DNA of 64,000 nt, taken from NCBI GenBank assembly GCA_900549625.1, contig URPE01000001.1, forward strand, positions 39,842-103,841, in the 5' to 3' direction. The DNA is from an uncultured Mycoplasmatota bacterium (GTDB taxonomy: Bacteria; Bacillota_I; Bacilli_A; RF39; UBA660). The notes under the pieces are model-generated. The model was not told the origin of the DNA, did not search any database, and was given only the letters and a program-made list of their open reading frames with translations. Within the stretch, counting starts at the first letter, position 1. Every line of letters starts with the position of its first letter. The translations under genes and the position numbers were made by a program. Positions 40,961 through 50,034 of this stretch are shown in pieces.

Positions 40961-41197
40961 ATGAATTTATCTGACTTACAAAGAAAAGATATTATTGATA
41001 TAAATACAGGTAAAAGACTAGGTAAAATTTATGATGCTAGGATTAGTGAGAATGGGACAATTCTTTTCTTCACAGTTCTAAATCATAAATTTTTTCATTT
41101 CTGGCAAAAAGATAACGAACTAAATATTACTATGGATAAAATAAAAAAAATTGGGATTGACACTATTCTTGTCACCAGTGATATTGACAATACTTGA
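40961..41197 (+). CDS. YlmC/YmxH-family PRC-barrel protein
   Basis: 78 aa. MNLSDLQRKDIIDINTGKRLGKIYDARISENG matches the family N-terminus. Confidence 0.7.
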   Translation: MNLSDLQRKDIIDINTGKRLGKIYDARISENGTILFFTVLNHKFFHFWQKDNELNITMDKIKKIGIDTILVTSDIDNT

Positions 41198-41474
41198 CAC
41201 AGTGCTTTTCTTTTGTTTGACACATATTCCTTTTGGTGTGTTACAATCTATATAGAATGGAGAAGGAAATTAATATAAAGAATAAAAGGGAAAACTCAAG
41301 TGAATCACAAATTTTTATCCTTCTAGTACCATTTTAACCCAAAAACACTATCTACCTAGTGTTTTTTATTTGCACATTTCTAATTATTCATTACATATAT
41401 TAATTTATTTCTTAAGATAATTGTTTTTTTTCATAATTTATACTATACTTTTATTAGAGTTAGTTGGTGAACAT

Positions 41475-42125
41475 ATGAACATACATATCGTATTAACAAA
41501 TTATCTTCTTAAGTTTATGTATGGTGATCGAGCATTTCAAGATCCAATTCTTTTATCAAGAGAAGTATTAAAAAAGGCTTATCAAGAAGGTTTATACTTT
41601 ATATCATCTAATAAAAGTATTATTGATAAAATTTATGAAGATAAAAAATTTCCTAATGATAATGGTTTTTTCTTTGCAGGTATTCCTAGTATTATTGATG
41701 TTTGTCTTTCATCTTCTTTATGTAAAGAAATGTATGCAATTAAACTTAGCCTACCTTACGAAGAACTTACTAGTTTTACATACACTACATCCTGTGGAGA
41801 AAAAGTACTATATGAAAAGATAGATAATTTAAGGTCAGATTATTTTAGTAAAACAAAACTATCTTTACAAGTTAAAGACAAGACACCTTTATATATTGAA
41901 AGTGAGGAGCCATCATCTCTTTCATATGTTGAACAAGTTAAAATGACCGACTATTTTATCCATGACATTACCGAATATAAATACATGATAGAAAATAGTC
42001 TAGATGCTTTAAAAGAAAAATTAAATGAAATAGTACTTACTAATAACTTAGTTAATTTAGAAGAAGTGCAAACACTTTATGAATCTTTAGTAGTAACAAG
42101 TACAAGTACTATTTACAAAAGATAA
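41475..42125 (+). CDS. hypothetical cytoplasmic protein
   Basis: ORF with ATG 41475 behind GGTGA. No recognised motif. Confidence 0.45.
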   Translation: MNIHIVLTNYLLKFMYGDRAFQDPILLSREVLKKAYQEGLYFISSNKSIIDKIYEDKKFPNDNGFFFAGIPSIIDVCLSSSLCKEMYAIKLSLPYEELTSFTYTTSCGEKVLYEKIDNLRSDYFSKTKLSLQVKDKTPLYIESEEPSSLSYVEQVKMTDYFIHDITEYKYMIENSLDALKEKLNEIVLTNNLVNLEEVQTLYESLVVTSTSTIYKR

Positions 42126-42155
42126 ATTAATTGTTAGAATAGGGGACAATAAATT

Positions 42156-42632
42156 ATGAAAAAAAGAAATGTTATGTTAGTTATTTTACTTTTATTAATT
42201 GATCAAGGTAGTAAAGGTCTAATGGAAGCCATTTTAACGGGTAAGAGTATAACAGTAATACCAAATTTCTTTAGTTTAGTTTTTGTTACAAATACCGGGG
42301 CTGCTTGGAGTATAATGCAAGGTAATACTTTGTTTTTAATTATTCTTGGTATTATTGCTATTTTCTCTTTAATATTTGTAATGCCAACAATTAAAGAAAG
42401 TATTTGGAAGTCTATTTCCTTTACAATGTTATATGCTGGTATTATTGGTAACTTACTTGACAGAGCCATATTTCATTATGTTAAAGATTTTTTGAAATTT
42501 ACTATCTTTGGTTATGAATATCCAGTATTTAATTTTGCTGATATTTTTATCGTAGTAGGGGCTATACTTTTAATAGTTGCCGCTTGGAAGGGGGATATAG
42601 ATGAAAAAAATAAACGTCGAAAACACAGTTAA
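42156..42632 (+). CDS. lspA: lipoprotein signal peptidase II
   Basis: NTGAAWS and FNFADIFIVVG motifs. Four TMs. Confidence 0.9.
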   Translation: MKKRNVMLVILLLLIDQGSKGLMEAILTGKSITVIPNFFSLVFVTNTGAAWSIMQGNTLFLIILGIIAIFSLIFVMPTIKESIWKSISFTMLYAGIIGNLLDRAIFHYVKDFLKFTIFGYEYPVFNFADIFIVVGAILLIVAAWKGDIDEKNKRRKHS

Positions 42633-43506
42633 AGAAAGAATAGATAAATATTTAAGTGAAGTCTTAGATATTTCTCGGAGTGAAATTAATAGAATGATTA
42701 ATGATAAGTGTCTTTTGTTAAATGGACTATACCCCAAGGCTTCTTCCAAAGTGAGTGATGGCGATATAATAAGTATTGTAAAAGAATATAAAGCTGACAC
42801 TAATATTGCCTCAGAAGATATACCTTTAGATATCGTTTATGAAGATGATGATGTTATTCTAATCAATAAAAAAAGTGGTATGGTTGTTCATCCTGGTAGT
42901 GGCAATAAAAATGGTACAATGGTCAATGCTCTTTTACATTACACCAGTGCGTTGAGTGACATAAATGGAGAAATAAGACCAGGTATCGTTCATAGAATTG
43001 ATAAAGATACATCAGGTTTAATACTAGTTGCCAAAAACAATAAAGCTCATGAAATATTAGCCGATGATTTTAAAAATAAACGTGTTAAAAGAAAATATAT
43101 TGCCTTAGTAAGTGGGGTTTTAAAACATAATAATATTACTATTGATGCTCCAATTGGTAGAGACACGGTTAATCGTAAAAAAATGATGGTTACCGATAAA
43201 AATAGTAAGAATGCCATCACTCATGTTAAAGTGTTAAAAAGATATAATGGCTATACTTTAGTTGAGTGTTCCCTAGAAACAGGTAGAACCCATCAAATAC
43301 GTGTCCATATGGCTTACATTGGGTATCCCATTTTTAATGACCCTGTGTATGGCAAAGGAAAAAGTACTGCTTTTGGCCAATTTCTTCATTCTAGTGAAAT
43401 AGAATTTATTAGTCCTATAACTAAGAAAGAACTAACCTTTAAAGTACCAATACCTCATGAATTTCAAGCATTTTTAGATAACTTGGATAGTGAGAATAAT
43501 AAATAA
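42601..43506 (+). CDS. rluD: 23S rRNA pseudouridine synthase, RluD family
   Basis: N-terminal S4 domain, catalytic HRIDKDTSGL, and TGRTHQIRVH. Follows lspA, as in Bacillus. Confidence 0.9.
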   Translation: MKKINVENTVKERIDKYLSEVLDISRSEINRMINDKCLLLNGLYPKASSKVSDGDIISIVKEYKADTNIASEDIPLDIVYEDDDVILINKKSGMVVHPGSGNKNGTMVNALLHYTSALSDINGEIRPGIVHRIDKDTSGLILVAKNNKAHEILADDFKNKRVKRKYIALVSGVLKHNNITIDAPIGRDTVNRKKMMVTDKNSKNAITHVKVLKRYNGYTLVECSLETGRTHQIRVHMAYIGYPIFNDPVYGKGKSTAFGQFLHSSEIEFISPITKKELTFKVPIPHEFQAFLDNLDSENNK

Positions 43507-43794
43507 TATTATTGTAAATAATAAATAAGGAATAGATAGTGCTGATATATAACCTATTTCTTTTTTTATTTCTAATACTAAAAAAAGGGCATAGATCATT
43601 AAAAAGAAAGAAGATATTAAAGAAATTATTTGATCATTAAAATAAAAGATAAAACTAGTAGTGGCAATAGAAAATATTATATTAGAAAGTAATAAAAAGT
43701 AAAAATTTTTATTAACTTCTTTAAATAAAAGAATTTTGAAAATTAAAACAGTTAAAGGGATAAGTGCAACTAAGATAGATATTAAATAGGCCAT
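43474..43794 (-). CDS. small three-TM membrane protein
   Basis: Strong SD (AAGAGGTG) 6 nt before the ATG. Three hydrophobic segments. Its 3' end overlaps the rluD 3' end by 33 nt. Confidence 0.5.
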   Translation of the reverse strand: MAYLISILVALIPLTVLIFKILLFKEVNKNFYFLLLSNIIFSIATTSFIFYFNDQIISLISSFFLMIYALFLVLEIKKEIGYISALSIPYLLFTIILFIILTIQVI

Positions 43795-43854
43795 TATGAC
43801 ACCTCTTTACTAATTTTATGTTTTAATGTAAAATAATATGAGTGGAGGGATAGT

Positions 43855-44994
43855 ATGAATGTTTTAGTAAATAAAAAAGATGAAATCATTATGCAACTAG
43901 TTCATTATTTTGTTACTTATGAAGATTATTCACCAATGGTTGTTAATGGTGTTAAAGATGAAATATGGTTACAAAATCAAAGTGGTCCTTATAAAATAAT
44001 CAGAATCAACTCTAATTATATTCATAATAAAGAACAATATGATTATGACTTACTTAAAATAGACAATATTACAAAACAAGTTAAGAGAAAAACTTTAGCC
44101 TGGCGTATGAATGTATTAAATATCTTATTAGATGTTAATGATAATGTTAAGTTAGAGAATTCTAAGAATATTGCTTCCGTAAAACTTAAGAACACTAAAA
44201 ATATTAAAGAAGAGAATATTATTAGTAAGTATCCTGATATTAATGATAAGATTTTACTTGAAAGTGGCCTAGATTTAATGATTGACGTTACTAATGATAT
44301 TAACGATAAAACAGAAAAAGAAAATAAGGTTTATGAGAGTATCTTTAAACCCAAAAAAATAGTGATTACTAATATACTAATTTTCATAAATGTTTTAATG
44401 TTCTTTGTAGTTTTTGCGGCGAGCAAGGCTAATATTACGACTGGTGCTTTAGTTTCTTTTGGTGCTTTATATGTACCACTGGTTAAGAACGGAGAAATAT
44501 TTAGATTAATTACAACCGGATTCTTACATGGTGGAGTCATGCATTTATTATTTAATATGTATGCTCTATATTTAATAGGAACCCAATTGGAAGGATTTAT
44601 TGGTAAGAAGAACTTTTTAATTATTTATTTTTATAGCCTTATTAGTGCTTCTTTAATGAGTATGATAATAAATCCATATACTGTAAGTGTTGGTGCTAGT
44701 GGCGCCATATTTGGTTTACTAGGCAGTTTACTTTACTTTGGCTATCAATATCGTTTATACCTTGGTAGTGTTATGAAAACACAAATAATACCAGTTATAG
44801 TAATTAACTTAATATTTGGTTTTACCATGCCTGGTATTGATAATGCCGCCCACATTGGTGGCTTAATTGGTGGTGCTTTAATAGCTATGGCCTTAGGAGT
44901 CCAACAAAAAGAAGATAAAGAACTAAAACTAAATGGTCTAGTAGTATCAATTATTTATATAGCCTTTTTAGTATATATTGCTTTATTTAGATAA
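43855..44994 (+). CDS. rhomboid-family intramembrane serine protease with a cytoplasmic N-domain
   Basis: GFLHGGVMHLLFNMY, catalytic GASGAIFGLLG and HIGGLIGG. Confidence 0.85.
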   Translation: MNVLVNKKDEIIMQLVHYFVTYEDYSPMVVNGVKDEIWLQNQSGPYKIIRINSNYIHNKEQYDYDLLKIDNITKQVKRKTLAWRMNVLNILLDVNDNVKLENSKNIASVKLKNTKNIKEENIISKYPDINDKILLESGLDLMIDVTNDINDKTEKENKVYESIFKPKKIVITNILIFINVLMFFVVFAASKANITTGALVSFGALYVPLVKNGEIFRLITTGFLHGGVMHLLFNMYALYLIGTQLEGFIGKKNFLIIYFYSLISASLMSMIINPYTVSVGASGAIFGLLGSLLYFGYQYRLYLGSVMKTQIIPVIVINLIFGFTMPGIDNAAHIGGLIGGALIAMALGVQQKEDKELKLNGLVVSIIYIAFLVYIALFR

Positions 44995-45132
44995 AAAAAC
45001 ACCTTTGTGGTGTTCTTTTTATTAAGACAAACAAATACAATTCTAATTTATATAACTAATTTTTTTGCTAGTTAGATTACTTTATAAAACCATGTAGCAT
45101 AAAGTAATTTCTCCTTATTCTACATACTACAA

Positions 45133-45314
45133 AAAAACGTCTAAACAATGTGTTTAGACATCCCAAAACAATACTGAGGACGTCTAGCTCATGAAGACTA
45201 GAGGTTCTCTTTTTTTATTATATGAAATTTCTTTCATTAGATATATATTAACATAAAAATGCTTGAAATAAAAGAGTTAATTTTGCAAAATTGAATAAGA
45301 GTAAGAGAGATAAA
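45133..45314 (+). repeat. intergenic module, direct repeat copy 1 (palindrome + terminator + promoter-like + SD-like)
   Basis: CGTCTAAACA-atg-TGTTTAGAC palindrome. Terminator GAGGACGTCTAG..CTAGAGGTTCTC plus T7. TTGAAA-17 nt-CAAAAT. About 94% identical to 46213-46353 over the last ~140 bp (8 mismatches by eye). Confidence 0.8.
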
Positions 45315-45329
45315 TTATGAAGCATTAAT

Positions 45330-45977
45330 TTGTTGTGGTGGTTATTAAAAAAACATAACTTTCTAAAGCTACAGAAATTTAAAGAAAAAAATAGTAAAAG
45401 AAAAGTAATAGTAACTGCAATAATTCTAAGTGTTTTGTTATTATCTGGTATATATTTATATAGTTCTTTTGTCATGTTTGCAGAAGAAAAAAAATTTAAT
45501 GCGATAAATGGTGAGATGACTGATCCAGGCGATGTTTATTTTGCTTACTATGTAGATGGAAAGATAACAAGCGGTATGCCTAGTCAAAATACCGGTTACA
45601 AAATAGATGCCGAAAAAAGTGAATGTACTAATGCTGTTATTCCCAAATGGGATTATGCTTTATGGGAGTTTAGAGCTAGCTATAGTAACTATAATGCAAC
45701 CAATTATACAAGAACAATATGCAACTTGTATTTTATAAAAGAAAGTACTATTAGTATAGTGCTAGGTAATTTAACAATAAATAGTTATATCCCAGATTTT
45801 AGTAAAAGTGCTTGTGATGACTCTACTTGTGAATCCCACGAAAAAGGAATATTTATGGTGGAAGATGACTATGGAACTAGCCTTGCTTATGGACTTCGTC
45901 CAGTTATAAATTTAAAAAACACTTTAAAATTTTCGGGTGATGGTACTAAAAATAATCCATATGTGCCAAGTTTATAG
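45330..45977 (+). CDS. signal-anchored secreted protein of unknown function
   Basis: TTG start. K-rich N-terminus plus TM (VIVTAIILSVLLLSGIYLY). Cys-containing ectodomain ending ..AYGLRPVINLKNT.. Start codon uncertain. Confidence 0.45.
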   Translation: MLWWLLKKHNFLKLQKFKEKNSKRKVIVTAIILSVLLLSGIYLYSSFVMFAEEKKFNAINGEMTDPGDVYFAYYVDGKITSGMPSQNTGYKIDAEKSECTNAVIPKWDYALWEFRASYSNYNATNYTRTICNLYFIKESTISIVLGNLTINSYIPDFSKSACDDSTCESHEKGIFMVEDDYGTSLAYGLRPVINLKNTLKFSGDGTKNNPYVPSL

Positions 45978-46061
45978 AAAATAATAAAAAATGTTAAAAA
46001 AGACTTGGTTCGACAAAATACTCACATTAGTTGTTAGACGTCCTCTAGAAGGAGGATTAGT

Positions 46062-46166
46062 GTGAAAAAGGATACAGAAATCTGTATGTTAATGATACTA
46101 ATATTTTTGTTAATTATGGTCATATTAATTTTAGTTTCCAAACTATTCTTAATCTCTTTTCTATAA
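46062..46166 (+). CDS. 34-aa hydrophobic peptide, type I toxin-like (unannotated small ORF)
   Basis: GTG start 6 nt after GGAGG. Peptide VKKDTEICMLMILIFLLIMVILILVSKLFLISFL. The 5' UTR has CCTC 6 nt upstream of the SD (anti-SD). Confidence 0.4.
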   Translation: MKKDTEICMLMILIFLLIMVILILVSKLFLISFL

Positions 46167-46168
46167 TT

Positions 46169-46353
46169 AAAAAATCGTCTAAACAAAAAGTTTAGACGTT
46201 CTTACAAACAATTGAGGACGTCTAGCTCATGAAAACTAGAGGTTCTCTTTTTTTATTATATGAAATTTCTTTCATTACACACATATTAACATAAAAATGC
46301 TTGAAATAAAAGAGTAAATTTTGTGAAATTGAATAAGAGTAGGAGAGATAAAA
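46169..46353 (+). repeat. intergenic module, direct repeat copy 2 (no ORF follows it)
   Basis: Same order of elements as 45133-45314. The palindrome is CGTCTAAAC-aaaaa-GTTTAGACG and the terminator stem is identical. Confidence 0.8.
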
Positions 46354-46646
46354 TTAAATAAAAAATAATTTTTTAAAATGATTGGAAAAATAAGATACTT
46401 TACTATTGTTTTATATGCACATTTTTTCTTATAAAATTGCTAAAAGTTAAAATATGCTTTTATTTGCCAGTTATACCAACAGTTTATCTGAAAAATAAAA
46501 ATATTAAATGTCCAAGGTAGTAGTGCGAATCCGCTTGTATTGGACTAGATAAAATTTATTCAAAGATATCACCTTACTATAACTACTATATTTAAAAAAA
46601 TACATGTATTAAAATATCTAATAATAAAAGAAGGCTTTTGCCTTCA

Positions 46647-47282
46647 TTAACGAATATTTCTATATAAACCAATAGCTTTACCCAAAATAGTAACATTTGG
46701 AAAAATAAATGGTTCCATAGTATCATTTTCTGGTTGTAAACGAATGTATCCATCTTCTTTATAAAACGTTTTAAGAGTAACCTCAGATTCTGGTGTCATA
46801 GCCACAACAATATCGCCATTTCGAGCTGTATTTTGTTTTTTTACAATTACAATATCGCCATCATAAATGCCTTTGTTAATCATTGATTCACCACTTACCT
46901 CTAAAGTAAATATCGTTTCTTTAGCAGGTATTATAGAAGCAGGTAATGCAAAAAATTCATTTGGTCTTTCAATAGCCTCAATAGGATTACCAGCCGTAAT
47001 TTTGCCAAGAAGAGGAACTTTTACAACATCTTCTTTTTTATCTAGATATTCATTATCAACCAATATTTCAATTGTTCTAAATTTATTACTTGAATTAGTT
47101 ATTACACCAGCATTTTTAAGTCTAGTTAAATGGGCTTGAACAGTGGCAGGACTAGATAGTCCTAAGGCCTTACCGATTTCTCTTACTGATGGCGGATAAC
47201 CATGTTCAGCTTTATATTTTTTTAAATAATCTAAAACTTCAATTTGCTTTTTTGTTAAGTTATTTGGGTCTGTCTTTTTCAT
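46647..47282 (-). CDS. lexA: LexA repressor
   Basis: LTKKQIEVLDYLKKY..GYPPSVREIGKALGLSSPATV HTH, cleavage-site region VPLLGKITAGNP, Ser (VSGESM) and Lys (VTLKTF) catalytic motifs. ATG 47282 lies behind AAGGAG. Confidence 0.92.
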   Translation of the reverse strand: MKKTDPNNLTKKQIEVLDYLKKYKAEHGYPPSVREIGKALGLSSPATVQAHLTRLKNAGVITNSSNKFRTIEILVDNEYLDKKEDVVKVPLLGKITAGNPIEAIERPNEFFALPASIIPAKETIFTLEVSGESMINKGIYDGDIVIVKKQNTARNGDIVVAMTPESEVTLKTFYKEDGYIRLQPENDTMEPFIFPNVTILGKAIGLYRNIR

Positions 47283-47327
47283 AATCTCACTCCTTAAAAA
47301 AATATTATCATAAAAAATGTCAAATGT

Positions 47328-47369
47328 CAAACAAATGTTTCTTTATTTCTTGACACGAACAAATGTATT
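47328..47369. promoter_or_regulatory. two degenerate LexA (Cheo-type) boxes in the divergent lexA / small-ORF promoter region
   Basis: CAAACAAATGTTTC (47328-47341) overlaps the -35 of the minus-strand lexA promoter. CGAACAAATGTATT (47356-47369) lies between TTGACA (47350-47355) and TAAACT of a plus-strand promoter. Consensus is CGAAC-N4-GTTCG. Confidence 0.5.
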
Positions 47370-47407
47370 TGATAAACTTTATTTACAAAAGAAATGGAGT
47401 GAGTGTT

Positions 47408-47509
47408 ATGGAAAATTTTTTAAAGAAATATGGAGTTATAATTGTTTTTTATCTTGTTATTATATGTGGCATAATATTACTTAATGAAAGGTGTAGATTA
47501 CTTGCATAG
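47408..47509 (+). CDS. 33-aa single-TM peptide divergent from lexA (candidate SOS-induced membrane peptide)
   Basis: MENFLKKYGVIIVFYLVIICGIILLNERCRLLA. SD GGAG 7-8 nt upstream. Promoter with an embedded LexA-like box. Occupies the yneA position of the Bacillus lexA-yneA..tkt arrangement. Confidence 0.45.
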   Translation: MENFLKKYGVIIVFYLVIICGIILLNERCRLLA

Positions 47510-47566
47510 TGATTTACTAATTAATTAATTTCTGCTATAATACTTTAAGAATAGAGAGGGTGTATT

Positions 47567-49546
47567 ATGAATCAAAGTGATATAAAAGCAATCAATGAAT
47601 TAAAAATTTTAAGTATAGATATGATTAATGGAGCTAAAAGTGGTAATCCTGGTATAGTTTTGGATATGGCACCAGTAATGTATACGCTTTTTGCAAGAGT
47701 TTTAAATGTTTATCCTAAAAATCCAACTTTTTTTAATCGGGATAGAGTAGTGTTATCATCAGCCCATATAAGTCCCTTATATTATAGTGCCTTACATATG
47801 GCAGGCTTTAACATTTCTAAAAGTGATTTAGAACATTTTCGAAGACTTGGATCTAATACACCTGGGTTACCTGAATTAAATAATCCTTTAGGAGTTGATG
47901 CAAGCACTGGTTTTGCTGGTGATGGGATTGGTATATCTGTAGGTATTTGTATGGCTAGAAGATACTTAGCCAATATGATTTTAAATGAAGATAAAAAATT
48001 GAATTTGTTAGATTTTACAACATATTGTTTTTTAAGTGATGCTGATATTATGAGCGGTAGTGCTGATGAAGCATTTAGCTTTGCCATTGCCCAGAACTTA
48101 AATAATTTAGTATTTTTATATGATGCAAATAACATGAATGGTGAAGGGCCTTTAGATGATGTCTTACCTGGTGGTATTGAGAAAAAATTTATGGCCATGG
48201 GCTTTTATGTTGATAGTTTAAAAAATACGGAAAACGTAAAAGAAATAGCAAGAGCTATCGAAGCTGGCAAAAATTCTGGTAAGCCAGCCATAATAATTTT
48301 TAAAAATGTTATTGGTAAAGATTCCTTTAATATGGGGAAAAATATTGTCCATTCTGGACCGCTTTCTATGGATGATACAGCTAATTTAAGAAGAAAATAT
48401 AACCTGTTTTTACCACCATTTGAAATATCTAAAGATAGTATGATCCTTTTGGGTAATCAGATTGAACAAAGAACTAATAAGATATTAAAGAAATGGAATG
48501 ATTTATATAGCAGGGCTAAAAATATTAATTCGGATAGTTTAAATAGTATTCTTACTTTGCTAGAAACTGGTAATAGTAATATTTCTTTTATTGCCTCTAA
48601 TTATAAAATTAATGATGGCTATAGGGAGTCCCTAATAGATTCTAATTATAAAGTCTTAAATTTAATAAATCCTAAAAGTCCTTTCTTTTTAGGGAGTAGT
48701 GCTAGTGAATATGTAACATCTAAAACCATGTTAGGTGGGGAAAACTATCAAAGTAGTAAAAATCCTTTAGAAAAAAACATTCGCTTTGGGACAAGAGAAA
48801 GAGCAATGGCTCATATTTTAAATGGTATGTCTTTAATGGGCTTGCGTGTTTTTGGTAGTACCAAGTTGTGTTTTTTAAATGAATGTTTGTCTGGCCTTAA
48901 AATGAGCTCTATGATGGGGTTACCAGTCACTTATATTTTTACTCACGATAGCCTATACTTTAGTGAGGAGGGACCTGCTAGAATTCCTAATAATGAACTT
49001 ACTATTTTAAGAACAATACCTAATATGATAACTTATAGACCAGCAGATATTTATGAACTTATGGGGTGTTATGAAAATATTTTAAATAAAAGTGTTCCAT
49101 CTTCTTTAGTTATCACCCGTAATAGTGTGCCAAAGTTACCTGGTTCAAATTATGCTGGTGTTTCTAATGGGGGATATATAATCAAAAAAGAAGTTAGTAA
49201 ACTTGATGGTATAATTGTCTCTTCAGGAAGTGAAGTTGTAAGTAGTATGCAAATCGCTTATGATTTATACCAAAAAGGCTTAGATATAAGAGTTGTTTCA
49301 ATGCCATCCTTAAACATATTCTTAAATATGGATAAAGCTTATCAAGAAACAGTTCTACCTTCTTCTGTTAAAACAATTGTAATTGAAGCTTCAAGTGGTC
49401 TTATTTGGAATAGAATAGCTTCCTCACCAGATATGATATTAAGTATTGATGACTTTGCTTATGGAGGAGTTCCTATTGAAGTTCTTAGCAAAATGGAATT
49501 TGATTATGATTCTTTAAAATTAAAAGTAGAATCTTTACTGAATTAG
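47567..49546 (+). CDS. tkt: transketolase (divergent)
   Basis: 659 aa. NPTFFNRDRVVLSSAH and the ThDP/Mg region (LSDADIMSGSADEA..LYDANNMNGEG) are recognisable but deviate from the canonical GDG..EG. C-terminal Pyr and C domains are present. Confidence 0.8.
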   Translation: MNQSDIKAINELKILSIDMINGAKSGNPGIVLDMAPVMYTLFARVLNVYPKNPTFFNRDRVVLSSAHISPLYYSALHMAGFNISKSDLEHFRRLGSNTPGLPELNNPLGVDASTGFAGDGIGISVGICMARRYLANMILNEDKKLNLLDFTTYCFLSDADIMSGSADEAFSFAIAQNLNNLVFLYDANNMNGEGPLDDVLPGGIEKKFMAMGFYVDSLKNTENVKEIARAIEAGKNSGKPAIIIFKNVIGKDSFNMGKNIVHSGPLSMDDTANLRRKYNLFLPPFEISKDSMILLGNQIEQRTNKILKKWNDLYSRAKNINSDSLNSILTLLETGNSNISFIASNYKINDGYRESLIDSNYKVLNLINPKSPFFLGSSASEYVTSKTMLGGENYQSSKNPLEKNIRFGTRERAMAHILNGMSLMGLRVFGSTKLCFLNECLSGLKMSSMMGLPVTYIFTHDSLYFSEEGPARIPNNELTILRTIPNMITYRPADIYELMGCYENILNKSVPSSLVITRNSVPKLPGSNYAGVSNGGYIIKKEVSKLDGIIVSSGSEVVSSMQIAYDLYQKGLDIRVVSMPSLNIFLNMDKAYQETVLPSSVKTIVIEASSGLIWNRIASSPDMILSIDDFAYGGVPIEVLSKMEFDYDSLKLKVESLLN

Positions 49547-49602
49547 TCTTTATTCGACAAAATATACGGATATAATTTGTTACTCTATAGACGGGTGATT
49601 AT

Positions 49603-50034
49603 ATGCGTATTTTTTATATTTTTCAAATTAATCCAAGCTTAGAAAAAATCATGAAAGAAAATCCTTACGATTTATTTCATACATTAGAAACAGTTTACTA
49701 TCGTACTTGTGAAGATAAGGAACTTGCTTATTTGTTTTTACATCAATTAATAACACCAATTAAAATAAAAGAACTTGATATTGCTTTATTTAAAGAATTT
49801 AGAGAGTGTTATTTTTATACAAAATATCGTAACACGCATAGTATGCATGACGTTTATCGCAAAGAAAATACCAAGCTTTCACTTTATAAAACATACATCA
49901 AACTTGAAACAGATGCTTTAAAACCAAGATTTTTAGAAGAATTACAAAAAAATCACAGTTTCTTTGTCTGTGATTTTGAGAATATGGATTATTTTTGGCT
50001 TGATAGTTTATCATTTAGTCCTGTTTATATATAG
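49603..50034 (+). CDS. hypothetical protein, possibly SirA (YneE)-like
   Basis: 143 aa immediately downstream of tkt, as sirA is in B. subtilis. The C-terminal FFVCDFENMDYFWLDSL resembles the remembered SirA C-terminus. This is a weak assignment from position and memory. Confidence 0.35.
   Translation: MRIFYIFQINPSLEKIMKENPYDLFHTLETVYYRTCEDKELAYLFLHQLITPIKIKELDIALFKEFRECYFYTKYRNTHSMHDVYRKENTKLSLYKTYIKLETDALKPRFLEELQKNHSFFVCDFENMDYFWLDSLSFSPVYI

Noticed and set aside
45248-45475. 75-aa minus-strand ORF spanning repeat copy 1 and the start of the 215-aa gene
   Set aside because: It overlaps the promoter/SD module and the N-terminus of the plus-strand gene, has no SD, and its sequence is a low-complexity L/F/N run.
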